Assembly (NCBI GenBank): GCA_977017575.1
Contig: CDRNVI010000139.1
Coordinates: 1-64,000, forward strand
Source of the DNA: Paramoeba atlantica
Lineage: Eukaryota > Protista > Discosea
Direction of reading: 5' to 3'
Length of the DNA: 64,000 nucleotides
The notes under the pieces were generated by a model that saw nothing but the letters and a program-made list of their open reading frames with translations, ran no database searches and was not told the DNA's origin. A program made the translations under genes and the position numbers. The stretch's first letter is position 1; each line of letters begins with the position of its first letter. Of this stretch, positions 51,224 to 64,000 are shown piece after piece.

Positions 51224-54200
51224 ATGGCATCTCCTTTAGGTGAGGAAAAAGCCCTCCTTCGTGCCTTCTCGGTTGATTCTTACAAAACCGTTCCAATAAC
51301 TCCTCCCATGCTCTGTGAAGAAGTTGAACGCGCGTTGCGGAAGAGGATGATCGTTGTTGGAGGTGAAGCAAAAGATTTTGAAGCTTACCGTTTATTTGCA
51401 GTTTTTCTTCCTGACAAAACTGAAGTCCTTGTCCAACCAAAGCAAGTTGTTTGGCCCCTCTTAAAAGAGAAAAATGGCAAATTTTTGTTCAAAATCCCAG
51501 AACAAGTTGTCGACACAGAAAGTTATTCTTCCCCCGCCCTCTCGCCTCCTCCTGGCCGCTCTAATCCAAAGAAGTTGTCGCGACAAAGATCAGCATCTAA
51601 AGTTCACCAAAAAAGAATCGCAGAAGCCTTTGATGATGGACTTGGAGTGTTTCGAAAAGGGGGTCACCACGGTCAGAAAGATCGCTCGATTTGGATCAAA
51701 TATAAAGATATGGTTCATCAACACACTTTTCAGCCAAATCTCTCATGGGATTCTCATCTGGAACAAATATGTGCTGGTTTTGATTTAAAAGACGAAGCTC
51801 ATCTCTACACTCTCCAAGTCAAGATGACAGGTCTCTATCTGAACAGTGTCGCTGACCTTTTTGAAAGTCCCAATGCCCCTGGGGTTCGAGGAGATGTAAG
51901 TATTATTCTGACGCAGAAACCAGAGATTGAAATTAAAAAAATTATCGAGATGACGAGCGGGTTTGCAGAGGGAGCATCAGTTCGGGACGGTTTGAAGAGG
52001 TTGTGGGGTCTTGCGATGAATGAGGCAACACAAACAATTATTTTACTCTTTTTACAATACCAAGGGTTTAATTGTTTATTGAATATTCTTCGTAAATATC
52101 AAACACATCCTTCTGACACCATCCTCCTCACCCTTAAGCTTCTGGAGATGTGTATCACAATCGGAACCAAGCCACCGCCTTCTTCTCCTTCTTCACCTTC
52201 TTCATCTTCGATTATTCCTCCAGTTAAAATCGAGGGCGACGCAATTCAGAGATTAACAAAATTGATGTTGACACCAGATAACGAAACAAGTGGGACTCTT
52301 CGAATGGAAGCTGGCAAATTAGTAATCTCTGTGATAAAAACCGATAAGTTCATGTACTCTTTCTTCTTGGATCAATTGGAACAGATTTCTATGAATGCAG
52401 AAGACAAAGCTTCTCGTCATGTGATCTTTCCTTTACTTCATTTGTTCGTTGGCTCTTTACAAGGGGGGTCAGATATTCTCCTCGAAATGCTCCTGTTGAA
52501 CTTAATTACCCTTGTCATCCAACATTCTCCGAAAGAGAAAACGGAAGAAATGCCCCCTCAGAGGTCAAAACAAGAGATCATTAAGATTTTGTTTGATAAT
52601 TTTACTTTTGGAGAGCAAATCCACACACTCGCTGTGACACCTGGACGAATCGAAGTGGAAGAAGCGCTCCTCGCATTTCAGGCCGAGTTGATTACCGCTT
52701 GGTTTTGGGAAAAAGATATTACTTTTCGTCCTGGAAATGAAGATGATGAAGCTCTTCTTATGCAACTTTGGACCCTTACATATCCTGATATTCCTTTGAA
52801 GAATCGAGTATCGAAGCAGTGGGGAAAACTTGGGTTTCAGAGGTTTATTTTTTTACTTTTCAAAATTTCTCTTTTGGTTGTGGTGTTTGTTGTTGTTATT
52901 GAAAATTTTCTTTTTTGTTTTTGATTTTACTTCTTTTTAATTGGGGATGTGTTTTTTTTTTTAAAATTTATTCTTTTTTTCTTATTCTTCAGCGATGATC
53001 CTGTTCGAGATTTTCGTGCGATGGGAATGCTTGGTTTAAAACATCTGATATTTGTTACCAAACACGATAACCGAAACTTTCGTGAGATCTGTGAGACTAT
53101 GTCAAGTCAAACAGAGAATTTTTATCCAATTGCAACCGCTGGTATGATGATCTCGCAGATGCTTTGTGCTCACATCAAAAATATTGGAATGGAAAAGTTG
53201 ATTCCTTGTCTCTTTGATGGAGTCGAACCTGTTGGTCAAATGTATTGTGTTTTGACTCGAGAACTATTTCGAATATTCAATGATCGAAACGCTGGATATA
53301 TGGACTTTTCGAACATCCAGAAGGAGTTTCAAGGTATTTTCGAAGATTCTTTGGAGCGTTGTAACACCGTCCAGCAGTTAGCAAAGCAGATTGCTGCCTA
53401 TGATGATGATAGTTATACCACGATTCGAACAACAGCAGTCTATGAATGGGGTCATGGCTCGATTAGCTCTCCGACGATGGAGCAATTAGGAACATTGATG
53501 TCTAAACCTGTATTATGTGTTGCAGCATCGAGTCATGTAATTGTCGTGACAGAAACAGATGGGGTCTGGGGATGGGGTGCGAGCTCTTGTGGCCAGTTAG
53601 GGATTGAAACAACAGAAAAGCGACTCTCTTCTCCACAATTTTTAGAGAATTTCACTTCGAAACAAATTACACGAGTTTTTGTGGGAGATGGTCGGAGTGC
53701 TGGCACGACATCAATGGGTGAACTTTGGATGTGTGGAGAACAGATCCCTGCGCAGAATGGTGACCCTTCACAATCAGTTACTCTTCGAAGAGTAAACTGC
53801 GATCCCACCGGTGATGCTGTTTCTGGTGTGACGAAAGTTTCTTTTGGTCAATTTCATGGTGCCATTCTCGTTCGATCCGAAAAGAGTGGGAAAATATATA
53901 CTTGGGGACATAATACCTACTATCAGCTTGGACATTCTGATAAAGGACGAGTTGTGGAGTGGCCAAGTGTTGTTTCAGGACTCACAAATGTAGTTAGTGT
54001 TAGTGCTGGGCGTAATTTTTGTGTTGCAGTCGGATCAGACAAAACTGTTCATGCCTGGGGACAAAATGTCCCCAACAAACAGACTGGGACTGCCATTTTG
54101 GGGACAAGCGAGAAAGAGAAAGAGTTTATCGATCGTCCAAAGCGGGTGGGAGGGTTTAAAGCTTTCTTTCATGCACTTGCTGACGTCAGTTGTGGTGCAA

Positions 54201-56620
54201 CACACAGTGTTCTTTTATCAAAGAAGGGGGCAGTTTTTACTTGGGGAGAAGGAAAAGGAGGAAGACTTGGGTTAGGGAGTGAAGAACATGCTGGAAAACC
54301 AAAAGAGGTTCAAATTGAACCTTGTACTCAAGTTTGTGCTGGGTACAACTACACTGTTGCAATTGGCCGAAGTGGAAAATTGTATACGTGGGGGGATGGA
54401 GGTCGAGGTTCTCTGGGACATGGTGACTTAAATGATTGTCTGATCCCAAAGGAGCTCTTGATGGGAGGAAAGCCTGTAAAATGTGAAAAGATATCTGCAG
54501 GTGCGAGTGGGATAACCGTTGCTGTAATGATGTTTGATTTGCCTTCAGTTTCAGGATCGGTCTTCGGTGTTCCCTTAGCGAAGCTCATGCACTCAAGATC
54601 CCGGAAGGGAGGTCAATCTGTTGTTGGTGGTGGTGGCCCCCGAGTTCCCTATGTTGTGGAGAGGCTCTGTGAATATATCGAAGAGAAACCTAAATCAAAA
54701 TTATTTGGTGATATGAGTTCTTCAAAAGATAGTGCGCCACTTCGTCTTCTGAAACACCGGTTTGAGAGTGCTCAAGAAGTTGATATGCATGGTGTCCAAG
54801 TTGAAACTGCTGCTGCTCTTCTGATTCATTGGATTGAAGAGCTTCCTCAACCTTTAGTTACACCAACCGTTTTTCGAGAATTTTTAAAAGCTTCTGGAGA
54901 GCGTGATCCTGCTCGTCGAAGTTCCTTATTGGGTTCAATCATCTACCATCAGATGAATTCGCAATCATCAGTTGTCTTTCGTTATTTATTGAGTTTTTTT
55001 GTCAAGTTAACAAAGAGTTCAAAATATTCCGTGGCCAAATCTGACTTTTATTATTCGATGGCTGTTCTTTGTGGATTTCGAAGGAGTGGTTCTCGAACAA
55101 AAAGTGCTTCTGCTGGCTCTGAGACGTGGAAAGATGAATCAAATCAAAAGTTATTCGATCTCTTAATTGAGAATAACTCTCTCTTTGGATCTCCCTTTTA
55201 TTTGTTATTACTCGACATTTGTTCACGGAATAATTGCTCACCTCTGAAAGGATCACAGCTCCACAAACTTTGGAGTGGATTTGTTCTGCTTGGCATGCCT
55301 CCTTCTCTCCAGTCTCAGCTTACCTGGCTTCTAAAAGATTTTCAAGCTGCTCTGGAAGACCGTGGTGGTGGTGTCGGTGGGGCAGGAGGAGACCACCATG
55401 AAGAAGAGAAAACTGAGGAAGAAGAACGGTTGGAACAAGGCAATTCGCTCGAACAATGGGATTCAATCCTTTCAGCTCATGTTATGCACCTCGGAAATCA
55501 GATCGAAGCGACTGAGAAGAGCCTGAAGGGACCTTCTCAGGCTCTTTTGGAAGTGTTAGGAGGGGTTATTGGATTTTTGAAGGAAAGAAAAGCAAGTCAA
55601 ACCAAACTTCACAATCTTCACATCCTCCGCGAATCTTTGGTGAATGATGCTAAAAAATTAAGCCACATGTCAAAGGAGTTTCAAATTCAACAATCCGATA
55701 TCGGTCCATCAAGTGAGATGACAGCTGCTGCTGCTGTTCCCCCACCAATGTTCCAAGCAGAGATGGGAAAAAGTCAAACAGTGTCTTCATTAAGCAATTC
55801 TTTACCAGCGAGCTTGGTTGCAGCGAGGTCAAATCGACAAATAACAGAAGATTCATCGAAATCTGAGTGGAACTGGAGCAATATCGAGGCAGGGCAAACG
55901 GAAACTCTTTCGAGGGCAGTTGATTCGTTGTCCTCTTTAGAAGACCATATTCGTGGAGACATGATGGCTCTTGTTAAAAGTTTCGCTCGATTAGAACAAA
56001 CTTGGGGGAAGATGAAACAGGAAGAAGAAAAAATCCAATCAGAACTTAGGTGTCAAGTTGGTCAGCTTCTTCCATTTTTCGAGGCTTTTAAAAAGAATGT
56101 AACTGAAACGGAGGATGTTGTGCAAGCGACAAAGCGAAATCAGGAAGCAACCGCCGCTTTATTACAGTCAATAGAGGAATTTTTGGGGTCGTTGGAATTG
56201 ATGATACGGTGGGAAGAGGCGAATACCCTCCCTTTTCTCGATCGAGAGAAGTTAATGGATCACGCAGCAACATATTCGAGTCAACTTGAGTTACAGTGCA
56301 CCAGTGAAGCTTTTGATCTGATGCGAAAGTCTGAAAATTGGACAGAAATTCAAAACAAATTAAAAGTATACCAAGCTTCCCATGTTGTCGCTCGAACTTC
56401 TCGGCTGCGTCAGAGTAGGCTTTTCAGACAAGACAGACAAGACAAGCTTTTTGCGCCTCCGGCTCCTCCCCCTCGTGATCACCCATCACTTTCGCCAAGA
56501 GGTATTCCTCCTGTTGTCCCTATTCGAAATAGAGCCCAAACTGAATGTCAAACAACAAATCAAACTGCAACTTCACCCCCCAAGAAGAGGAAAATGGTGC
56601 TTGGAGTTCCAAGACCTTGA
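51224..56620 (+). CDS. Multidomain protein: N-terminal ubiquitin/RA-like and helical region, ELMO domain, RCC1 repeats, RhoGAP-like domain, coiled coil; one intron 52843-52992
   Basis: WGKLGFQ|SDDPVRDFRAMGMLGL and YPIATAG (ELMO); repeated vy.WG....GQLG (RCC1); VFGVPL..VPYVVERLCEYI...LLIHWIEELPQPLV (RhoGAP fold). Confidence 0.85.
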
Positions 56621-56742
56621 ACTTTCATCTATTGTTTTGAGGATGAACAAACAAGAAAATCAAACCAAAATTTCCTAATTTTGGATAAATATGGTGTATA
56701 TTTTAGAATGACTTCAAATTTTTTTAGAACCCTAAAATTTGC
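56590..56742 (+). repeat. 153-bp direct repeat, left copy (last codons, stop and 3' flank of the ELMO gene)
   Basis: One mismatch to 58841-58993. Confidence 0.95.
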
Positions 56743-57330
56743 TTGTTCTTTTTGGTGTTTTTTCGCTTTTTCTTTTTTGTGTTTGTTTTTTTTTGTGTTT
56801 GATCAAATTTTTGTTTTGTGTTAATTGTGGAAGTACCAACCTTTTTCAAATGGGAAATCGAATCCACGTCGTTTGAGGGATACTAATCGAGGGATGTGGC
56901 AATGTTCCCTCTTTTTCTCATCCGTCAAAGAAAAACTCAAATTCCCAACAACACAAAGAAAAAAAAACTTAAAAAGGTTTTCTTTTAGAGAAGGCGTTGG
57001 AAAAAGAAAACACGTCTCGTACAGTGAGGAAGAAAAAAAAAAAAGAAAAAAAACGCAGGGCCTGTGCGTTGCTAAACTCGGGAAATTTCACGGAATGGAG
57101 GAAAGTTCTTTTTGTGGTGGGACGATTTTTTTCGAAGAATGTCGAGGCAGAGTTTTCGGGACCATTTGCTCGCGGGGGAGTTTTGCTGTGTGAGAAACGT
57201 CAAATCTGGTCATTCTTTCTGTTTCTTTCGTTTTCGAAACGTTTTCTTCCTCTTTTTCAGAGAAAGATTTATTTTCTTGTCTTTTGGTTCTTGTTTTTTT
57301 TGTTTTCGATTTTCGAACGATTTTCGAGCG

Positions 57331-58599
57331 ATGAATAGGCTTTACTTTACCTTTGTGTGTTTCTCCGTCTTCGTGAGCCTCGCTCTTGCTCGTTGCCCTA
57401 ACCAATGCAGTGGACATGGAGTTTGTGATAGTGCGTCGTTCCGATGTGCCTGTGATTCGTATTATCAAGGAAGGGATTGTGGAGTCTACAATCGCTCGTT
57501 GACCAACGGCACTTCTGCTTCCGCCATTGTGGGCACTTCTCAATGGATGTTCTTTTCCATTAACGGGACAACTAGCAATAATACGTTCGTCTGGTCGTTA
57601 AATCAAACGAAGGAAGGGGATTGTGATCTCTATGTTCAACGAAATGAGTTTCCAACTCGATTTTCCTACATTGAACGCGACATTTCCACCAAGAACGAGT
57701 CAAAGATCGAATTGTACAACCAAACAGCTGGGGTTTACTACGCTGGAGTCTACGGTTTCCAAAAGTGCAATTTCACTATTGTCGCGATGAATTCAACATC
57801 GAATGTCTCATCAAATGTGACGATGGAACCAACCAACAATACTCAATCCTCAAATTGTAGTTTCCATGGTGAATTTGTCAACACCACATGTAATTGTAGT
57901 GCCGGTTTTAATGGTACCCAATGTGAGGAATATATGCCTGCTCTTCCCTTGAACACAACCATGTCCGGGTATGTCGGTGAAAATTTCTGGAATTACTATC
58001 ACGTGGATACTCGTGGTTTTAAAAGCTTGAATGTGTCTCTGAATCAGACCGGGAACAGTAGCTCCTCTGGAGATTGCGACCTCTATGTCAGCCATGGACA
58101 AAAGCCCTCATTGTTTCAATATCAGTTCTCGAACGTGAGCATGGACCAACGTCTTGATTTGATTATCCCCGAAACTAACAATCAAACTTGGTACATCGGA
58201 GTCTATGGTTGGTCTAATTGCAGTTACACATTGAATGTCTCTGTGCCGCGCCATGAGAAGGTTCTTCCCACAAACCTCACATCCGGACAACCCCTTGCCC
58301 TCAATGTCTCTCGAAATGAATGGCAAAACTTTTCCATCGATGTCGAACACTTAAAAGCTCTCTCTCTGACCTTGAAAGAGTCCGCCACTGTTGGTGCTGT
58401 GAGTGTCTTTGTTAAATTTGGTGAACTCCCTACATTGCAGAGTCATGATTATTCCAATCAATTGACAAGCAGTGGTCATCAAATCAGAGTCCTTGATCGT
58501 GAGGGATACACTGGCACTGTTTATGTTGGCGTCCTTGGTTCTCCTTCGATTCCATTCTTTTCTTCGGTTGACTATAAACTTCGAGTTTCTGTGAAATAA
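57331..58599 (+). CDS. Secreted EGF-like / PPC (pre-peptidase C-terminal) domain glycoprotein, intronless as read
   Basis: Signal peptide MNRLYFTFVCFSVFVSLALA, CPNQCSGHGVC...CACDSYYQGRDC and CSFHGEF...CNCSAGFNGTQC (EGF), GDCDLYV x2 (PPC-like), many N-x-S/T sites. Confidence 0.8.
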   Translation: MNRLYFTFVCFSVFVSLALARCPNQCSGHGVCDSASFRCACDSYYQGRDCGVYNRSLTNGTSASAIVGTSQWMFFSINGTTSNNTFVWSLNQTKEGDCDLYVQRNEFPTRFSYIERDISTKNESKIELYNQTAGVYYAGVYGFQKCNFTIVAMNSTSNVSSNVTMEPTNNTQSSNCSFHGEFVNTTCNCSAGFNGTQCEEYMPALPLNTTMSGYVGENFWNYYHVDTRGFKSLNVSLNQTGNSSSSGDCDLYVSHGQKPSLFQYQFSNVSMDQRLDLIIPETNNQTWYIGVYGWSNCSYTLNVSVPRHEKVLPTNLTSGQPLALNVSRNEWQNFSIDVEHLKALSLTLKESATVGAVSVFVKFGELPTLQSHDYSNQLTSSGHQIRVLDREGYTGTVYVGVLGSPSIPFFSSVDYKLRVSVK

Positions 58600-58840
58600 T
58601 TTTTTGCACAAACTCAAGTTTTTTTTGTGGTTGAGGAATAAATGGTTTGTTTTCTCTGAAGGAAAAGAATGATTTTTTCTTTTTTCTTTTTTTTCTTGTT
58701 TCTGTTTTAACAAATTTTACTTGAATTCATTTTTCTTTTAATTGGTTTTTTGTTTGTTTTTTCACCCCATTTTTTTCATTGCCCATTTGATAATTAAAGG
58801 TGGAGAGAAGAAGAATTAAAAAAATTCAAGTTCAAACAGA

Positions 58841-58993
58841 GAAAATGGTGCTTGTAGTTCCAAGACCTTGAACTTTCATCTATTGTTTTGAGGATGAACA
58901 AACAAGAAAATCAAACCAAAATTTCCTAATTTTGGATAAATATGGTGTATATTTTAGAATGACTTCAAATTTTTTTAGAACCCTAAAATTTGC
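58841..58993 (+). repeat. 153-bp direct repeat, right copy
   Basis: gaaaatggtgcttgtagttccaagaccttga...ccctaaaatttgc; matches 56590-56742. Confidence 0.95.
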
Positions 58994-59079
58994 CTGTTAT
59001 TTTTGGTTTTTGTTGTTCTTTTGTTTGTTGTTCTTGTCTTTTGTTTGTTGTTCTTGTCTCTTCCCTCAGCCCCTTCAAA

Positions 59080-62000
59080 ATGGCTTCTGGGGAGATATTG
59101 TTTGAAGATGCAATGCAATTTCCACGAAAAAAAGTCTTGTCCAGGTGGTCAAGATTGTTTTTTGTGTTAACCGCTGAGGTGAGTGATGATCGATCAATTC
59201 AAAAAGAATGTTTCTTCTTTTTTTCCTTCTTGGACTCAGAATCCTGGTTTTTTTAGGCAATCACGGTTTTTGCTTCTCAACACAAAAAAAAGATGCTCTT
59301 TCAGATTCATATTTCAGAAATTGAAAAATATACAGAAGTCTCCCTTCAAGAAGAAAAAGAACCGTCAGGTCAGCATTCTTCGAAAAGACAATCCAAAACC
59401 AGTTTTTTTCGACGAGAAAAGAAGGATGGAGAGGTTTTCTCATTCTTTTAACAAAAATTTCTTTTTTTTTTCGATTTTTTTTGAATTCAATGAATAGGTT
59501 GTCGCAGTCGTTCAACTTTCTCTTGAGAGACGTCTGGTCTTTGGGAAAATCGATAAATCACAATGGAAAGAATTTTCCAATGCGATTTGCAATCTCCTAA
59601 AACCGTCAACGATCAAGAAGTATGACATTGACCCAGAAAACCACAGCAACGAACACTTTTTGCATGATCATGAGCCTTTCTTAAGCGGTTCTGACCCATG
59701 GGGGCAAACTGAGGTCACAACATACCAACTCTTTTCTGATCAACAGCGAGATGGCCAAGAGAGTTTGGATTCTGGAATTCTTAAACCTCTTGGGACTTTA
59801 GAATTTCCAGGGAAGATCATTGTAACACAGGTTTTTGCACTTTATGATTTTCTTTCTTTGTGGTTTGTGATTTGTTGTTCTCATTTTCCAGAACTCAAAT
59901 TCATAAAAATAGGTTTCTGCTATGAGAACACATTCAGTTGCTGTTACAACAGATGGAAGAGCGTTTATTTGGGGATCCCAAGATTCTCGAATCCCTCATC
60001 TTGGTCTTGGTTCTATTGAACGCCAAGAACTTACAACTCCAGTCAAGGTTTTTTAGTTTTTGATTTATGTTTTGAAATTATTGATTTCTTATTGACTCAC
60101 TTCATTCTTTTTTTTTGACAGTTAAAGACCCCCTTTCACGATCATGAAGTGGTGAGGAAGGCAACCTGTGGGTCTGGTACAAATGTTTTAATTTCAACCA
60201 AAGGGAAAGTGGCAGCTTGGGGAATGGTGTTAGATGGTGAGTTAAATATCGTTCCATTTTCTGAACCAAAGATTTTTGAGCCTTTAGCTTCGAAGTTTGT
60301 GAGTGAAGTTGCAAGTCAAGAGTCTGTTTGTATTGCGATTGCTCGAGTCCCTGGAATGGACGACGTGACTGAAGGTGAGTTCCCCTCTTCTGCTTCTTCC
60401 CCCCCTTTTTTTTTTTTTTCTAAACTAACATTGTGATTGATAGTGTGGTCTTGGGGAAATTCGGGTTTTGGGATGCTTGGACACAAAGCAGGGGAAGAGA
60501 GTGGAGAGAAGGGAGTCTTTGGGGAAATTGATGGCCTTAGCAATGTAACAATTGTTGATATTAGTATGAGTAGTACTCATGTGCTCTGTTCAAATGCGAA
60601 GGGGGAGGTATTTGCTTGGGGGAAAAATATATATCAATCTCCAAACGGAACTTTGCCTGGTGTTTTGGGACCCACTGGGAAAGAGTGCGAGAATTTGATT
60701 TCGGTTATGATTTATTTTTGCAACACAACAATTTTGTTTCTGGGGTCTGATTTTTTTTTTTTTAAATAGGTGCCAACGAAAATAAAGGGGTTTGGAAAAT
60801 CGACTCGGAAAGTGTTTGCAACACAAGTTGTTGCGGGTCTTTCTTGCAGTTTTGTTGTTTCTTCGACGAATGAAATTTATTCTTGGGGTTACAGTGGCGA
60901 TTCTCTTCGTCTTGGGCATGGTTTCTCTTTTTCCAAGTTTCACACTCCTTGGAGTTTGCCATAATTCATTTTGCTAATTGAATTTTTTTCTTTATTTTTC
61001 CAGAGGCTTCTAAAATGGAAAAGGCAAATGATCTTTTATTTGTGAGCAAACCACAGCTCATCCCCGACCTGTCAGATGTTCAGGTTATTGATTCTGTTTC
61101 TCTTTTTTTTTCTTCATTATCAATAATGTTCTTCCTTAGGAACTCAAAACTGCTGGAAAATTTTGTCTTGTTCGAACTGAAACTGGTCTCTGCTGTTGGG
61201 GGAGAGAGGTTTTTTATTTTCCCTTGAATTATTTTTGTGCTTGTTGTTGCGAGTTTGCATCTTGGTTCCAATTGTATTAGTCTGGGGAAATTGAATGATA
61301 CAACAGGGAATTCGAACCGATGATGCGACTATTGAGAAGAAGTCTCTCCCTTCTGATGATATTCTTCTTTCGATGTGGTACCTTTTCTTTTTATGATTGA
61401 ATTTTTGATCTTAAGATGTTTGTTTTGGGTGTTTTGTGCTGTTGGCATGACTGAAATTATTTTTTGCTGTTTTTCTGGATAGTGCCCCATCTGGTGACCA
61501 AGCTCTCTTTGTTCTTGGAAGCTCCACAGCAATTATTGCCTGTGGATCAGATCGAAAGGTTTCATTCCTTTAACCCTGAAATGCTCTTTTTATCTAATCA
61601 TTTTTTTAGATTATTTCCGCTGCTTGGCATGATACAATCCGACATTTGATTGAGTTGGTCGTTCGTGTGTGGCAAAAGCCAGCTCATTCTTTCTCTATTT
61701 TGGACGCACAAGGACGCCAATGTAACCCTTCTTCGCAAACAAGCTCAGCAATTGAAAGGATGGTAAAGAATGGCTGTGTTCCTGTGTTTATTATCACTGA
61801 TACAGCTTCTCTTCTTTCCACTTTTGGAAATCGAGTTGTTCTCGATGATGGTCAACTCGTATGGGGTGAAAAGGTCTTTTTTTTCTCCTTATTTCTTTTT
61901 TCTCTTGAATTCAAGGCTGTGTTGCAGGAGGCGTTAATCGAGTTATTATACAAGTTTCCGTCGCATTCAGTGGTCAGCAATGCTCTTCCAGTTCTGAATT

Positions 62001-64000
62001 CTATTTTTTTTTTTGCAGCCGACCCTTTTTTTTTTTGAATTCCACTTGCAGGAAAAAGTGATGCCACATGTTTTGTATAACTATTCGGATATCTTCTTTC
62101 TGACATATGACCATAAACTGAAACTTGAAGTTGTATTTTTTTATTTTTCCGATCATAATCGTTGTTTCTTACATTGCTTTTATTATAGAGTTCGGAGATA
62201 ATGAGAGTTTTAATCGAACGCTATTCAGAAATGCAAAAAAAAGAAGTTGACAAGAAAGAAGAAGAGATCGAACCATGGATTCCTCCTGCACTTGAAGAAC
62301 ACCTTCGTCGTTCAATTCAAAATCGCTTGAATATGTCTGACTCTTCCTCTTCTTTCTTTTCCTTTTTCTCTTTTTTTCTCACACAAAAGAGCAGAACACG
62401 AATGTCAAGGCTGCTTCGAGTTCTTGGTGGGTGGATTGATCGACGACCTGCTTCCTTTTTGAGTTCTTCTCAACTTATGGCGCAGTTATTAGGGTTTTTA
62501 CAAGCGGAATGTGAGAGTCCTTATCCTGTGGTTGCCCAGAGTGCTGTTGAGGCGAGAAGATCTTTGTTTCAGAAAATTTTCAAGTTTTTCTTTTGTATTT
62601 TATTTTGAAGTTAGTTGTCAAGATTTCGGTTTTGACTGGGGAAAAATAGGGAAGATGAAGGAGGCGCGGTTGTGCCAACTCTGGATGACGAAGAAGGAGA
62701 GATGTACTCAATCTTTTTTCGATTTAAACCAAAAAAGATTGCTGACCAAGTACTTTTTTCCCTTCTTTATACCCAAAATCTTGCTCATTGACATTTACAG
62801 TTGACATGGATTGATGCCAATATAATTTTCCCTTCTTTTTCTTCGGAAGATATTCTGTTAATGAGGTCCTTTTCTTTCTTTTACTCCTTCTTTCTTGTTT
62901 TTATCTCATGCATTTTTTTTTGAACAGGTCACCAGAGAAAGTTCCAAAGAGGTATATGGCACTTTCGTGTTGGGTTGAAAAAGAGCTTCTTGAATGTCCT
63001 CCGTCCCAACGTTTGAGAATGACTGAAGCGATTATCGAAGTAATGCACCATCTCTTCACAATGAGGAATTTTTTTTCTTACAATGCATTTAAGGATGCAA
63101 TGGGGGACAAGTTCTCATTTTTCTCATTTTTTCATTCATGAAAATTGAATCTGATTTATTTTTTCTCTGTGGGTAGACCACTCCGAAGTGCAACTGGAAA
63201 TGTTTGGGAGAAAGGGACAAAACTTCGACCAGCTGCTCACGCTCTTTGGTCCCCTCTTCGGGTTCTTTTTCCATTTTTTTTTTCTGATTCAGAAATGAAA
63301 AAGATAGCGGTGTGAGGGGACCTTTGATTTAATTTTGTTTTTCTTCACAGGCACCAGAAATTGTGGATTTGTATAAACCCGCAAAATTTAATGCTTATTT
63401 TGAAGCTGTTTCGTTATTTTCGTTATTTGATTAATTTTTCTTCTGTAAAATTAATGCTTTTTTCTCAATTCCAGCAAAAAGATCCAAAATTACCATTTGT
63501 TGGATCTTCATTTAACAAACTCGTCTTTGTTGGTGAAAAATATAAGGCTTATGCCCCACCACGCGATGGACTCTTACTGTTTGAGCGATGTCGAGCAGAG
63601 GGTGAGCTCTCTTTATGGTTGATGAAGGTGTTTTCGGTTGCGAATCGAAAATATCATCTCACTGTGATCCCTGAAATTGTACAACATTTAATTAATGTCA
63701 AGGTTCAGATCCATTTTTTTTTCATTTTCATTCAATTTTTTCGGATTTCGTTCTCAAAATTTGGATGTAGGGCTTTCGATCAGATGTGAAACAGCACAAA
63801 AAGATTGCAAGAAATTTTGGAAAGCAATTGCAACAAGATGTTGGTCCTGATGATGATGATGTATCTCCTTCTGAAATTGGTGGGTCATCTCTTCTTGAAA
63901 GCTCTGCTGATGAAACTCGTGTTGACGTTGAGGTAATATTTCTTACTTTTTCAAAAAACGAAAAAGAGAATTTTTTGTGACCAACTTGTATTAGGTGACA
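59080..64000 (+). CDS. PH - RCC1 repeats - REM - RasGEF (CDC25) protein, 3' partial
   Basis: KKVLSRWSRLFFVLT (PH); AFIWGS, VAAWG, VFAWGKN and IYSWGYS (RCC1); ALIELL..YSDIFFLTY (REM-like); LTWID, WVEKELL, MRNFFSY and PFVG...KLVFV (RasGEF-like). Confidence 0.75.

Noticed and set aside
56590-58993. 153-bp repeats as retrotransposon LTRs
   Set aside because: They have no TG...CA ends, PBS/PPT or gag/pol between them, and the repeat is host gene 3' sequence.
61283-61306. Apparent in-frame TGA (VWGN*MIQQG) in the RasGEF gene, suggesting Sec or readthrough
   Set aside because: An in-phase acceptor (caacag, exon from 61307) places the TGA in the intron.

Overview
Eukaryotic, AT-rich, intron-dense nuclear DNA with many low-complexity CT/GA tracts. 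The gene content (Clu-domain, ELMO-RCC1-RhoGAP, EGF/PPC, RING-B-box-NHL proteins) suggests an amoebozoan-type protist; this is inference only. Most short ORFs in the track are low-complexity intron artefacts, so gene models were rebuilt by hand by joining GT-AG exons, and internal exon borders are approximate. In order, the window holds: a partial hypothetical gene; a beta-trefoil plus metallophosphoesterase; a fucosyltransferase (GT11)-like protein; RIO2; two tRNA-Thr(AGT); a divergent Rho-family GTPase with a 1-nt frameshift; a TRIM-NHL-like protein; a ~10 kb birth-and-death array of divergent Sar1 paralogues and co-duplicated pseudogene blocks; a kinesin with a C-terminal PH domain; a Clu/TPR protein; an LRR protein; a PQ-loop transporter; two tandem prolyl 4-hydroxylases; a TPR protein; PSMB3; a PH protein; an ELMO-RCC1-RhoGAP protein; an EGF/PPC secreted protein flanked by 153-bp direct repeats; and a PH-RCC1-RasGEF running off the end. 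The top finding lies in one kinesin intron, next to two tRNA-Ser(GCT) genes: a structurally intact tRNA gene derived from tRNA-Ser with a UUA anticodon (ochre-suppressor-like) and a compensated anticodon stem. No CRISPR, rRNA or recognisable transposase/RT sequence was seen.
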